The notes beneath the pieces were generated by a model, which saw only the letters and a program-made list of their open reading frames with translations, ran no database searches and was not told the DNA's origin. A DNA stretch of 64,000 bases from Balanoglossus misakiensis (Eukaryota; Animalia; Hemichordata): NCBI GenBank assembly GCA_040954595.2, contig CM082588.2, positions 5,964,202-6,028,201 of the forward strand. The letters run 5' to 3'. A program made the translations under genes and the position numbers. Within the stretch, counting starts at the first letter, position 1. The number at the start of each line of letters is the position of its first letter. Of the stretch, positions 37,393 through 59,535 are shown in pieces.

Positions 37393-39874
37393 TTATTTCC
37401 TGCCATCGACTTCCGCGCGTTTAACAGCTACGATTTTGAATTCATCTGGTGCGTGCACCACCCCAAATGTCCCTTCAGTAGATGGTGTATCGTCACCGTC
37501 TGGTAACCTGAATTCAAAAACTTGAATCAACCGTGTGAGAAACAGGAAGATCTCCATCTTGGCCAATGGGGAACCAGCACAATCCCTGGGACCTGCAATA
37601 AAGGCATAGACCAAATTAATCAGAGGATAAAAACTGCAATTTCTACTCATAGAGACAAACTGGAAATATGTACACAAGCTGTGTTCTACCAAGTGCTTTA
37701 TAAACTTTACTGAAATATTTCACTATCTCTTTACATTACAACCCCGAATGTTAAAGTTTTCATAGATCCTACTGAATTAAGGGCTCGAGCGATATCTCTA
37801 TTAAACATAGTGTTAGAGGCGAATTGTGATCACTTGGTTACGTTCGTAACATGGGTTCCGATCCGTTGGTACTTACCTACTGAAAATGGAATAATCTTCT
37901 CCCTGTTTACAACTTTCCCTGTGTCATCCAGAAACCGAGTAGGGTCAAACTTCTCCGGGTTCTCCCAGTTTTTCTCATCCATGTGAACTGCCCATAGATT
38001 GGAAAAGATCATGGTTCCCTTTGGAATAGTGTACCCATACATATCTGCATCTTCCGAGGTGGTGCGTTGTGTACCTAAAGGTACAACACTTGCTCTTCTC
38101 TGGATTTCCAATGTAACTGCCTCTATGTACGGGAGTTTAGATTTGTCAGTTAACGATGGGATATTGTGAAGACCGATACCCTCTTCTATTTCACGGAAGC
38201 ACCTTTCTTGGATGTCTTGGTTGAGAGACAGGTACAGAAGTGCCCATAATAAAACTGTCGCTGTGGTGTCGGTGGCTGCTGCAAACATAGTCACTAAAGT
38301 AAGTGAAAAATGGTCAGGGTCTTCCAGGAAATCGAGAGAGTTGTCCTTTTTAGATTCGGTGCTTTGGTAAAACTTTTCATGCAATGATAAGTATGCATCA
38401 ATAAATGACTCTGGGTTGGAACTCTGTTGTGCCGTATTGCGATGTTTCTCCACTTTCTTTTCCATGAAGGTGACCATCTCGTTGAATCTACGGCGAAGGC
38501 GGTCTTTAAATGGCATCGGTAAATGCCACATCGATGGGAAAAAAGTCAACAGCGCTGAGCTTTGTATAGCTGCCACTGTCAATCGGTTTGCATTGATTAA
38601 CTCTCCGAAACTGGCATCGTTGTACCGGAACCTCTTGCCGAAAAGCATGTGGCACATGACGTTGGAAACTGCCTTCATAATGATGTTATTTACACAGGTG
38701 GGAGAACCGTTCAACTCACGCAAGGAAGCAACGAGAAACTCGTTTTCTTCGTTGATAATTTCCTCGGATGCTCTCTTCCCCATTCCAAGATCATGTAAAA
38801 TTCCAACGGAGCACTTCCTGATGTCTCTCCACACTGGCCAAGGAGCAGCGAGTATCCCTGCGCAGAATTAAACACAGAAATCGAAATTTTACATTTATCG
38901 ATACGAGTATTATTCCACATGAAGAGATACCCGTATCAGTTATGTCTCCCGAGGAATTAGGATTGGGGCCGAAACGACTGGGGCCGTAAAACTAAAGGGC
39001 CGAGACGACCTGTTCCCGAAAGGTCCACAGCGTAGTTGATCGGGGCATGGAGCTGCCCACAAACTTGAATCGAGTACATAGCCTACACCGAAGGTCCGTG
39101 AATCGAGCCTTGTCGCTTTTAAGCTATTCTATTCTACTCACTCCCTCTATGACAAAGGAATAGGGCCTACTTTTGTATTCTATACAGTTGGCATTTCTTA
39201 ATTAGTGGTAAAGGTGTGAACTACCGAAAGACAGCGTATAATATCTTACGTAATTGATAATCATACGATATTATGCAGTGAACCTTCACATGTCGTTGTT
39301 GATATTTCTGTGGTGGACAATATACCTGGACGGGGATATGATCTATCCGCACAGAGCTTAAAAGCATCAGCCTCTATCCCCCTACCAATGTCTTTCACCT
39401 TTTTATAGCGTGTTGGTGGGAAATTTTGACAAGCATGGACATATTGGTCTGAGCTTTTTATAAATGACCGAAGTTGTCTTGCATGATGCTAAAATATTTT
39501 CATTAAATAACAATGGTGCCTCCATGATTAAACTTACCTTTGTTGTTATGGAGTTGGCATAAAGTCCCATCAACTGGCCTTTCTGAGAATTTGGACGATT
39601 GTTTGATGAAGGCATCTTTGATAGCTTGGTGACTGTTAAGTACCACTACCAGTTCGGTTCCCAATTTGACGCTGAAAACGTCTCCGTAACGTCTGGCCCA
39701 TTCGTGGAATTTCTTGTGGGGTTTATCGCCCAGGAAAAACAGGCAACCAAGCAGGGGCATACCCCATGGCCCAGGCGGGAGACTACGTCGGCGGAGAAAC
39801 CAAGATGCAAACATAACAGTCACCAACAGAATGAGCAAGAGAGTGGTAAGACCCAACATATCTGTAGACGCCAT
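37393..39874 (-). CDS. Cytochrome P450, clan 2 (CYP2U/2J/2R-like), ~505 aa, 3 exons
   Basis: Exons 39874-39538, 38857-37877 and 37592-37393, with GT-AG introns in phase. Motifs: N-terminal membrane anchor, PPGPWGMPLLG hinge, C-helix WRDIR, I-helix FAAATDTT, K-helix EIQR, FDPTRF meander, and heme motif PFSVG|PRDCAG formed across intron 2. Confidence 0.95.
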
Positions 39875-39962
39875 GATTACAAGTGACCAGCTTGCGGACC
39901 GCTTATCGTATGTGGTGCCACAGTTTCATATTATGCAACGTATCATGCGAGATAGATAGACA

Positions 39963-40162
39963 CACAGCAAACAAGAACTGTGACCTTTAACCACGGTCAC
40001 CCTGACCTCGCCGCACTGACTCCGGATCCCTGCCCCCAGTGACCCAATCACAGCAAATAAACTCAATGACCCTCAACCACGGCCACCCCGACCTCAGCGC
40101 ACTGAGTCTGGATCCCTGCCCCCAGTGACCCAATCACAGCAAACAAACTCGGTGACCCTCAA
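39963..40162. repeat. 86-bp tandem duplication (~2.3 copies) in the P450 upstream region
   Basis: TGACC anchors at 39981, 40067 and 40153. GGATCCCTGCCCCCAGTGACCCAATCACAGCAAA is present twice. Confidence 0.9.
39995..40007. promoter_or_regulatory. Consensus IR3/ERE-type nuclear receptor element GGTCAcccTGACC
   Basis: Exact match to GGTCAnnnTGACC, 121 bp upstream of the P450 ATG. Function is untested. Confidence 0.4.
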
Positions 40163-40993
40163 CGAACTCGTCAAACCTAGTCTGGTTCTCCACTCTACTT
40201 ATACGCTGACAAAAACGTTCAGGTATGTTCCATCCGACCGTTTCTGTCTAAACCGTGGGCCCTCAAAGTATCCAGCGTTCGGATTGGTGCATATGCATAT
40301 ATCTTTTACATCATTGTATTGTTCAAAAGAGACATTCTGATTGTCGAATATACAGGTATATCCCTTCCATGAGATAAAATATTCAAAAGAGACCCTTCTG
40401 TGGCATCAATATAACATATTAAATTCGACAAAAAACATTGAGATGTGCGGGATTGCTCTCCGAGATCAGGAAACTTTATTGAACTAAATGAAATCAAGAT
40501 GTAAAACAAAGTAATCTACCAGTTCATATATCATTTACACGTTTCAGCTGACCAGGCATTGTTTGTATAGGGTTCAGGGAATGATATTATTTCTTGGAAA
40601 ATCTTAATAATTGGGTTTAACAGATATGGTCAGTTTCTTCGGAGATACACGGAGTGGACTAACATAGATGTGAAGGTTGTCTACCTCTACTAGCTGAAGA
40701 TTTAATGTAAAATAAAAGCAATATTTCATTAATAATCAAACAATAGCATGCCATCTTATACGTGGTTAAACAGAATATGTGCTAACAATGAAAATCAAAC
40801 GCTGTTTTAATAATTGTTGTTCATTCAAAAGCTCTAAGCGTGTGTCACATGGCGCCCTCAACGTTCAGATTCGAGTCTGAATCTGAATGCGTTTATAACC
40901 ACAATATCACATTTTGTGCAGCCGTACCCGCTTGGGTTCCCCACCCCTTGTGTATGAGGTTCGCCCCCGAGGACGGGCTGTCGCGAAACAGAG

Positions 40994-49891
<8,898 letters not shown>

Positions 49892-52314
49892 GTGGACAAC
49901 CAAGTCAACCAACCTAGAGGTCCCATCTGTCACAAAGTTCGTGTAGTTGAGGAGCACTGAAACATTTTCTGGGATCTCATTGGTCAGGAATTGCCAATTT
50001 GCATAAATACCTCTAAGTACAGTCTACATGTGCGAGAGACCCCCTCAGTCAGTGGAAGATTCTTTCCGATGTACCAGTATTCCTGTGAAAGTCCCCATCG
50101 ATGTGTACACCTTCTTCCTGTTTCGTATCAGTTGTTCAGAAGTTTGTAATTTGTAATAATTATTTTATTCCCATGACACTTTTTATTCCAGCTCAAACTA
50201 CACTGTGTATTTGTTCCGTCAATTCAGGGTTTGAACTAGAGCATTATGTCAAGTAATAGCCAGTAGTTTTATAAAGTTAGGGGAACTCGTAAAGTGATGT
50301 AAGAGTGAACATTTACATATCAATATGTATAATATATGATGTACATTTGCTTATCCCAACAGAGAATTTGTATTTTTCTGTTTGGTAGTATGTTGACCCT
50401 TGAAACCTTAGATCTCCAAGCACATGACCTGTGACATTAGGTCTGTCATCAGAAGTGACCCTTCATTATAGAGCTCTTTTTAATGTGACCTTTAACCTAG
50501 ATACAAGTCTCTATTGTCAATTTGCTCTGTCTGTGTGAGAAAACTGAAAGATTATCAAACAGGAAATAGTTTTAACCATGTGTATGTATTGTACATGTAT
50601 GTGTGCATTTTGCTTTTGTATAAGAGAGCATGTAGCCACCCTCTCAAGATAATAATGGCTTTCCAACGTAGGTGGCGTAATTGTCCAAACAAAAGTTCAG
50701 TTGTTCTGTAATTGGGGGCACACGACTTAGCAAGTCAATGATGCAAGTGCAGGGTAGTTGACTTGTTACAATTTAGTATGCGATATAATCAATTTTCCTG
50801 AATATTATATTGTGTATTAGGGTATCTGTGTACCGCATTTGTCTACATATTCTGATATGTAGAATTACAATATCTGCTTCTTATTCAAGAATCTAAGGGA
50901 GAGTGAATAAGTTCCCTCATTGGTTCCACTATCAACACTCGACTCGCATCACGCTGGACAACTATGATTAAAAAGATGTGGATGATTTAAACATGTCCTC
51001 ACATGTATGTCCACTTTCATTCACCAGAATTCTAGTCAGTGTTGACATTATCCTAACAATGGCTTCAGTGCATCTAGCTCTTTATAAGTTCACAAAGCAT
51101 GTCAATGTATGATAGTTTATAATTTTCATTTTGCTTTGTGGCTGTACTTATTTTTATACGAGCTATTTTGTGTAATGTCGTCGTGACAACAAAGAAAGTA
51201 AAGAGTTAATATTTAAATGGAATGTGCAGAAGTGTGCAGTCTTTTCATACGCGGATAAAACTTGAATATGAAAACAAAATAACACTGACACAAGTTTTTC
51301 CCAATCTACCAATGAAAGTTTAATGAGTTCAGAATATTCCCAACACACTCTACTTGCAAATAATGCTTCATGTACATGCAAAGTTTCACACGAAATGACA
51401 TGTTCCCTGAAAGGTCCACTGAGAATTCAGAGCTTCCAATATTACTCTCAAGTTTGTAACACTGAGGAGTAGAATTATTTAGGAAAATTAAAAAGAGACA
51501 GAATTAATGATTGAAATGTTTCCTACATGTAAATGTCTTTAAAAATTGTGCAGTGTTTCCCGTTCATGTCAAACATGAAAATTATTCATGTAGAGAAGTC
51601 TGAAAAAAATTAAAAGGCTACAATTTTAAAGGTATCTACAACTTAAGCTAAAGACTAATTAAGTACTTTACACCTTAGGAGAGTAAACAAGATTCGTTCA
51701 TGTACATGCGTAGTTTAATGTCAGTAGAAGATTGTGTACATTAGGGTAAACCACTACAGAGCATACAGTATATTGTAAAAGTATAAGGCACTTGTATCAG
51801 GAAAAGGCACTGGTTAAGGTACATGATCCTTGATTGGTTGATATGATGGAAAACTTCACTGGTCACTGTTAACAACCAATCGAAACAGCTGTATGCTAAA
51901 TACATGTATATTACTTTGTGTGTGTCATGATGCAAGGATTCGAAGACAGAATCAGACAGTAAGAAATCATATCTACTGTTTATCAGATTCAGAGAGATTG
52001 TCTACATGGTAGAAGATGTAAGAAAACCAGGCTATCATATTTCAGTGTCATGGACAAAATTGACATCAAAATCTTGCAAAACATTATTTTCAAGAGACAG
52101 AGTCAGATGTTCTCGGTTAGCCATACCTAATTTTGGTGTTTTGTGATGATTACATGTAATTGGGATTATTCTTTTATCAAATATTCCTAATGTTACCATG
52201 TTGCTGAAAATTATTCAGATTTCTTATTCTCAATTTGATGACTTTCTGTGACATATGTAGATTCACTAACAGAAATCAGATAAAATGTTTGGCAAGATTT
52301 TGATGACTCAGAAT

Positions 52315-55300
52315 TTAGTCTCTACTGTTGAGATATTCTCTCAGGAGTTTCTCCTTTTCTTGCAATCTTTCTCTGGCTTCATTCTCCTTCAGCTCCTTCA
52401 AGATGTGACGGGCAATTACTTCCTCTTTGCTCAAGCGGCTGTCGCGATACTCGTTGACTGGGCTGAACCCCCTGTTGTCCTGGCTGTTCTTGACTGCCTC
52501 CATCGCGGATTCCCCTCTGGAATTCAACGTGTTTCGCCGCCTTGCCAGGATGGTCTGGATGAGAATCTTCCTCACCCGAGGGTCGAGGGCCTCGTTGAAG
52601 AGTGGATCGGGATCTTCCTGGTAGAAGTTGACCTTGTTGAGGGCGGAATCGGGAGCGGCTCCACCACCACCCGGGAGTTGATTTCCGTCATCGTCGATCA
52701 CCACCCCATTGAAACCCTCGTCGGTGTTGATCTGATCGTCGACCAGATTGTTATCCACGTTCGGTGGCAAGTCGACTCCGGTGGCCAAGTCTTCCAGCTC
52801 GATGACAATTTCTTCATTCGATGCCTGCTCCTCGTTGTAGATGTTCGCAATCGTGTCCGGATCTCCCTTCCCAGCATCCTCTGGGTGCACGGCTGTGTCG
52901 TCTTCTGGAGTGCTCGTCTGCTTGCTGTCGCTGCCTGCCTCTTCGTCTGATTGGCTGCCAGAATCAGCCTCATCATCAGCCACTGGAGGGTTCTCTGTTC
53001 CGTAGAAAGTCAACCCCCACTGGGTTAGCTTTGCTTTGGGGAGTTCGTGATCTCTCGGCATAGTGCCTGGTTTAACAGGTGGGTTGTAGAACTCCATCTC
53101 CGGGTCGGGAATGTACCGGAATTCCAAAATCCACTCGCCGGCTGGATTCTCTCCCCAGTTATGCACGGTCATAAACGGCCAATCAGTGATACCGTCCTCG
53201 CCTTCGTCCCACTTTCGGGTGGACAGCAACTCGGACTTGGTGCCACTTGGGGAATAAAGGAACAGGCTGATGTCCCCCCGCCGTGGTGACTCAAAGCTGA
53301 TGTGGGCTTGTGTGTGTTCCAAGTAGGCGACTGAGCAAGGTTCCACCGACAAGGTGATGTTTGCTGTTTTACCCTTAGACACTTCGCTGTAAAGAGGAAA
53401 AAGAGAAACATAATTTCCATGAAGTAATTAAAACATTCTCACATTGTTCAAGTAACAGCCAATCAGTAATTATCAGCATATCTAGTGTTTTCATAATCCT
53501 CTCAGAAATTGTTTTAAACATATTGTGTTGTGTTCTTAGGAACTGCTTTACATACAACATTGTATGGTATGGTATGGTATTGTTTTCATTTAGAATGCCA
53601 CTGGAATGCTACATCACTCATCAAAACAATACGGATTTAAAATTAAAATTAAAATACTCACATATCATATGGCCGTCTTGGCACCTCACATGTCAGATGA
53701 GGACCCACATTCTCCCAAGTAAGAGCGAGTTCCACCATCTTGCTCACATCCAGTATTCCAAAGCCGTATTTATGATTGAGATGAAAGCCCGCACCATTAA
53801 CATACCACCCTTCCTCTGTTGGGTTAGGGATGTTGCAGCCACGAGTTATGATGTGCTGCAGATCACGCCATGTCAAGTTTGGACTACAGAAGAAGAAAAA
53901 AAATTCTTCAATAATAATCCAATCTTGCAAAACTACTAATTTTCTCACAAAACTTTCACTAAAAAGTTCTTAAGTTAGTTAAAGGGAGGTTATTTTATAA
54001 AATTGAGACAAAGTCTCTCAAAAATAATTTGCAAACAATAGTTCATCAATTATTCTTACTTTGCCTCTAAGACAATGGCAAACGATCCGGATGCAAACGG
54101 TGCTGCGCTGGAGGTTCCTGTGAAATGTTCTGTACACTGATGATTCAGATCTGTGGATACCTAGGAGGAGATATAACACAGTAGTTGTAAGGCTCTTATT
54201 TTTCCCACCTTGCAAAGAGGATGGGTTTTGACTATGCAACACAAAAATCCTGTGTCCTAAACCTTGCTCAGGTCATACACACACCTATCATGGATGTTTT
54301 TTTGCTCACTGAAAAATATGTCCAATCACTGGTTGTTAATACCCAATGCACACACTGTACATGGGCATAACATGTAAATATTGCTATGACACAACTCATG
54401 ATATTGACCAAAAATTATGATGAAAGTATTCATGTGTTATGTCCATATACAGGATAAAATTCACATCCATGCAACTTTCATCATTTTCATTTCTTTGTCT
54501 ACTTTCAAAACTTCAAACTTACCACCCAGTTCTCTGCCATCATAGACAGACTTCCCTCAGGTGGATTGTGGGTAGAGCCCACCAAAGTGACAGCCATGAC
54601 TGGGGAGCAGGACTCAATGTAGAAGGCACTGTGGCCCTGGCCAGTGACGGCACCAATGCCGATGGTGTAAATGCTGCTGACATAGCCATCTGCCGCACAG
54701 TCGTCATCCGTCAGACCACCGTTACCAGAGGCCCACACGTAAATATTACCTAACCCACCACGCCCCTGAAAAAAATATCCAAACACCAGTGAGAAAACAA
54801 TCACAGCTGTTTTTATTCCTAACACTAGGTATTTGTTCAGGCATAGAAATGAATTCATTACTGACAGACAATCCACAGGTTTCACTAACATAGGAACAGG
54901 TGGCCCACAAATCAAAACATGGGTCAATCAAACTGAAAAGCAAATATTTATTTTTCATTTATTAGTTGACGTACATAGCAGCTAAGGGAATGTCTGAATG
55001 GGTGGGTATCCCCTTTCTGATATTGAGGATTTTGGTATTAAAATTGGCCACTGTGAGCCATTTTCATTTTTCTCTTTAGCATAAAGTAACAACTATTTTG
55101 ACATTTTCACCCTATTTCCCTCTTTAGAGGTCCAACTTACCATAGAAAACAATGGGTTTGGACTGAACCATGGTGATGAAAGGGAGGGTTAATTGTCATT
55201 TATTGTTTTATTCACACACAAACATAGACATCACATCAAGTACCTTTTCAGCACCGTCCTGTAATGCCCTGAAAGCTTCCTGACCAGGCCCTTCAAAGGT

Positions 55301-58300
55301 TTCTCCATCATCCTGAGGTCCCCAGCAGCAGCTGTAGATATCAATGTATTGGTTGTTGTAGCTGAGGGCGGACGCTTCCAGAATGTCGGTGATGGGACCA
55401 TCCAGCAGGCGAATACCTGCACGCCATTAAGAAACACAAATGATGTTGTAAGTTTGTTTACCTTGGTAGCAAAGTGTTCGATAGTTATGACGTTGCACTT
55501 GATTTATCATGGAGAAAGAAGGTACATGTATATTCTTCCTCACAACCCAGAGCTGACACAGTTAGAAACTAAGTTCCAATCTGTGATGTACATCACAGAT
55601 TGGAACTAAGTTAATGTAGTTTCCACATTTTTAATGTTTGGTAATTATAGCCTACATGGGACATGTTATACCGGTAACAAGTCAGCCAGGACCAGGTGAC
55701 TATGGCCATTAAAGTGTCCTTCCCTCGCTCAACTGTGCAAATATATCTTAGTCACTGCATGTACACTTGAAACACGGATATGCACACTATGGGTTTAAAA
55801 GTAGAAGTCAGTGTTTAATACTAACCTCCCAAGCTGGTTCCATATGCTACCCCAACACCACAGATACCATTATTGGCTTCTGCAGCAACTTCACCTGCAC
55901 ACTTAGTACCATGACTGAAACAATTAAAATACAATTCATTAATAAATCAGTATCAGTGAAAATCCTAGGAACAACAGGTGAAGGTACTGCTATGAGTAAA
56001 CTGAAAATAAGTTCAATACAGACAGGTTTCCAGATTAGACAGGGTTTGGTCTAGACAGGTTTTACTGTACATCCAGAACTGTGGCTAAAAAAAAACACAT
56101 CAATATATAATGTGTGTCATATAGACATTTTGCAGAGTGCCACATGTGGCGCAGGATTGCTCACTCTTTTTGAACATCCACCAAGACCCACAAAAGGCAA
56201 ACAGAAAGGTCAATGCTTACTCATTTTCTCCCATGGCTGCTGGACTGTCATCTGGGTGAGGGTCTGCGTCACCATCCTTGACACCTGGATGTGAACTGAA
56301 CGGATTGGTCAGATTATTGAAGTCATAGCTCGCCTCCAGATCCTACCACAGAAAAAAAATGTCCAGGATGAAAACACTGTCAAAACTCTGTGCAATTCAG
56401 CAAATGCCACAAAATGACTGTGAGTAGCATTTGTGGACATTGCAAGTACAAGTAAAGTGAGACAGAACAAACAAACAATTGTATGTGTGTGTACGTCTAT
56501 CTGTCTGTCTGTTTGTCTGTCTGTCTGAATAAGCAAAGAGTAATAACTTACAAAGTTGTTCACTAAATCTGGATGTGTACCATCAACACCTGGAAATTAA
56601 ATAATTATGTAACAGAAATCAGACTAAGGATTACAAGTTAGACTGGATAACTGTGATTCTCACTATTGTGCATAACATTTGTACCAAACTACAAGTACTT
56701 CAAACGGGGATTAGATCAAGATACAGAACACAATTTAATGGAAGATGGATGTATGTACTGAAAAGCAACCAAATAATTAACATTAAGGAACTAACCATCA
56801 TCCACTATAGTGACTTTGATTCCTTTGCCGGTGTAACCTAACTTCCAGGCCGGCACCAAGTTCAAATCCATTCCTGGTGCCGCGCCTCCCTGTCCTGTAC
56901 TGTGCTGCAGAATAGAAAGTGAGTGTATACTCATTTAGATCTCAATAGGATTAAACTGACCAATGCCAAGATTGATTGTAATGTAATTATAGCCACCATA
57001 CCACCAGAAATTCCTGAGAAGAATACTAAGTTCATACATTACATTCAAATACATAAACCACATAACACACACTGTGGCCAGCAACCCCCCCCCCCCCCCC
57101 CCACCTCCCTCAACACAGACACACAGAACTTGATAACTTACCAGATACCACTGCTTAGGATAGAGCGGGTCATTAAAAGGCATGTTGAAATCATCTCCAG
57201 TGAAATCCGGGGAGAGTACATCAACACTTGGGATGACAGTTTTCTGCTGTTTGCCAGTCTCTCCATCTTTGACTTCTGTATTCTCCTCCTCAACTTCCTT
57301 AACTTCCTCCTTCTCCTCTTCATTCTTCTTCAAATCAAGCTTCTTTCTGATGGCTTCAATTTTGCGGATTCGCTCACGGATATATTCTTCCATTTCTTCA
57401 TTGGATCGTTTCACTCGAACCACCAATTGTTGCTGTACGGCCGAAGTGACCTGATGAATCCATAAAACAAAGAGTAACCTGTTGTCAAATATTTCAATGA
57501 TTCTTTGATCATGGGTTGGTCCAAATACATTGTTTTCTACGGGAAAGTTGGACTTCTATAGAAGAAACTAGGGGTGAAAGGCTTAAAGCTTTTCCATAAT
57601 CCCTATTATCAAAAGAGTCTACTTTTGATACAAAAATGAGATATTAATTCTGAAATAAGTAATACTTGAATTCTTATGAATGAGTTTACCTGTGGGTGGG
57701 ATTCTAGAAATTCCGTCAAATCATCAGCAGTACGCTTAGATCGCCTTGATTCACCAAAATGTTGAAAATGATACTTTTTCTCATTACCATTAACCTGTGA
57801 AAAAGATTAGTCCAAAATGTTTGTCAAAAGATATATGTTGAAAACACACAACATATTACAAGTAGTTACAAGCAAGCTTGATTTATATAACAAACTTCCT
57901 TGTATTCTACAGATGGATGTTAAGTATGGAAGAAATGTGAATTTTTAATGTGACATGTACATCTGTCTAAAGGATATTATTAAGATGACGAATTCAGAAA
58001 CTTCTTAATTACTTCTGACTATAAAGAGGTCTGCACTATGTTCCTTTGTTCCAAATCTACTAGACTTACTTTTGCATTTATTTAACTAACTCTTTTAACA
58101 CTTTGATCCGATTGACTGAATAATGACGTCAGTACACAATACAAAGTTGTTGGCCAAAAGAGCTTGCATGTGATACTATGGTATGGTGACGTGGCTTGTG
58201 AAGGCATTCAACCCTGTCCTGGATTTACATGACAAATATCAATTGACGTACACAGGTCCCTGGCTGTGACTAATCTTACCAACAGGATCACATCAAACAA

Positions 58301-59535
58301 ACTGGGTCACAATGACATTGGTCGAATTTAGAAAGGGAAAAATTAACAATCAAGGTGAAAATCATGTTAGGAAAATCATTGTATCTTGTGAAGTATTTAA
58401 CTCTTGTAACAAATACAACATTTTCATTAATTATATTAACGTCAGTAAATCTTATGTGTGTTCTGTTAGTGTTCTCTCCAAGAATTTCTTATACAGCATT
58501 GGCTAATTTACATAACACTATCATTGTTATGATGATCAGTTTCTATTATTTTCCCCAAATGCATTGACTGATACTCCTTAATTGCTCCGGGAGAAAACTT
58601 TATTTCATTATAAATCAAACTTAACAGGTTTGCCATTATTCTTAGTCCTACCTACGTGGCCTTTCTGATTCAGTACCCGCATACAATTATCACTTGTTTG
58701 GTACGAGGTTGCATTTTTCAGTGTTAAACTGCGTGGGTGGAAAACAAAGATCGTAACGAAAGCAATATGTCACTTATAGCAAACCAACAAACCAAACAGA
58801 CTTTCGCCATGTATTGATTTCTTTAAAACTGAGACACAGTGAGTTTACTGAGGCACTTTTACTATTTATGGCACAATGCATAGAGTTAATCAAGGACATC
58901 GTGATCAGGCCGAATGGTGAGTCTGGAAACTGACAAGCCTTGAAACAAACAAAAAATCCAATGGCTTCAATAGAAAACATTTAGCAAGACCAAGTAGAGG
59001 TCTTTTACACTGCAAGACATAGTTCTACTAAATAATAGTCCCGCAAATCATGTGTTAATTAAATCTTTACTGTACTTATTATGTTCATATCCAAATGAGA
59101 AGAATTAAAAGTGTCACAGTGCTTTAATTGGTAAAATCAAACTTTTCTACATGTATGTTTCATACATCTTCAATACATAAAGTTTCAATTTGATGGTCAT
59201 TTTCAAAGTCAGATCTTGGCTAACACTTGTGATGCATACCGCTCTGGATTTTTGTCATGATTTAAATGTTATGGTTCAGTGATCAAAATGAAAGGAAATC
59301 TTTTAAGACCCTGCCTTTGGATCAGACCACCATAACCTGTGTATCAGTATACAGCAGGCATGTATGTTACCTTTTGTAGGAAACGGAATCCATGAGTGGC
59401 AGCTATATCTCTTGCTTGGTGCTCGTCTCCATCGATAGTCACGACCCATTCATTGGTGAATTCAACATCTTTCTTGGCAGCATCACACACTGTTATGGCA
59501 AGTACTGCTAGAAGTACTGCGACGAGACACTTCAT
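52315..59535 (-). CDS. Kexin/furin-family proprotein convertase (PCSK; peptidase S8B plus P domain), soluble type, ~915 aa, 12 coding exons
   Basis: Exons 59535-59371, 57794-57690, 57450-57142, 56904-56796, 56589-56552, 56342-56221, 55914-55826, 55416-55244, 54765-54523, 54160-54060, 53883-53662 and 53386-52315 (sum 2748 nt, in frame). Signal peptide [19 protein letters not shown]; prodomain FTNEWVV with RRSKR and RVKR sites; [12 protein letters not shown]. Catalytic Asp in VTIVDDG, His in [11 protein letters not shown], oxyanion Asn in WASGNGG and Ser in [15 protein letters not shown] follows, then a P domain with RRGD and WGENPAGEW. No TM or Cys-rich domain. Orthology to a specific PCSK was not established. 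Confidence 0.95.
55101..55192 (-). mobile_element. ~90-bp TTAA-CCC MITE family, copy 3 (convertase intron)
   Basis: TCCAACTTACCATAGAAAACAATGGGTTTGGA is the reverse complement of the family core; ends GGGTTAA. Confidence 0.7.
57495..57586 (+). mobile_element. ~90-bp TTAA-CCC MITE family, copy 4
   Basis: GGTCCAAATACATTGTTTTCTACGGGAAAGTTGGA..GGGGTGAAAGGCTTAA; the left end is degraded. Confidence 0.65.

Noticed and set aside
38965-39017. Three degenerate GGGCCGA(A/G)AC-like motifs in P450 intron 1
   Set aside because: Probably a fragment of a repeat terminus, too short to classify.
52285-52950. 221-aa plus-strand ORF
   Set aside because: Antisense shadow of the convertase's acidic last exon. 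It starts at TTG and has no independent motif.
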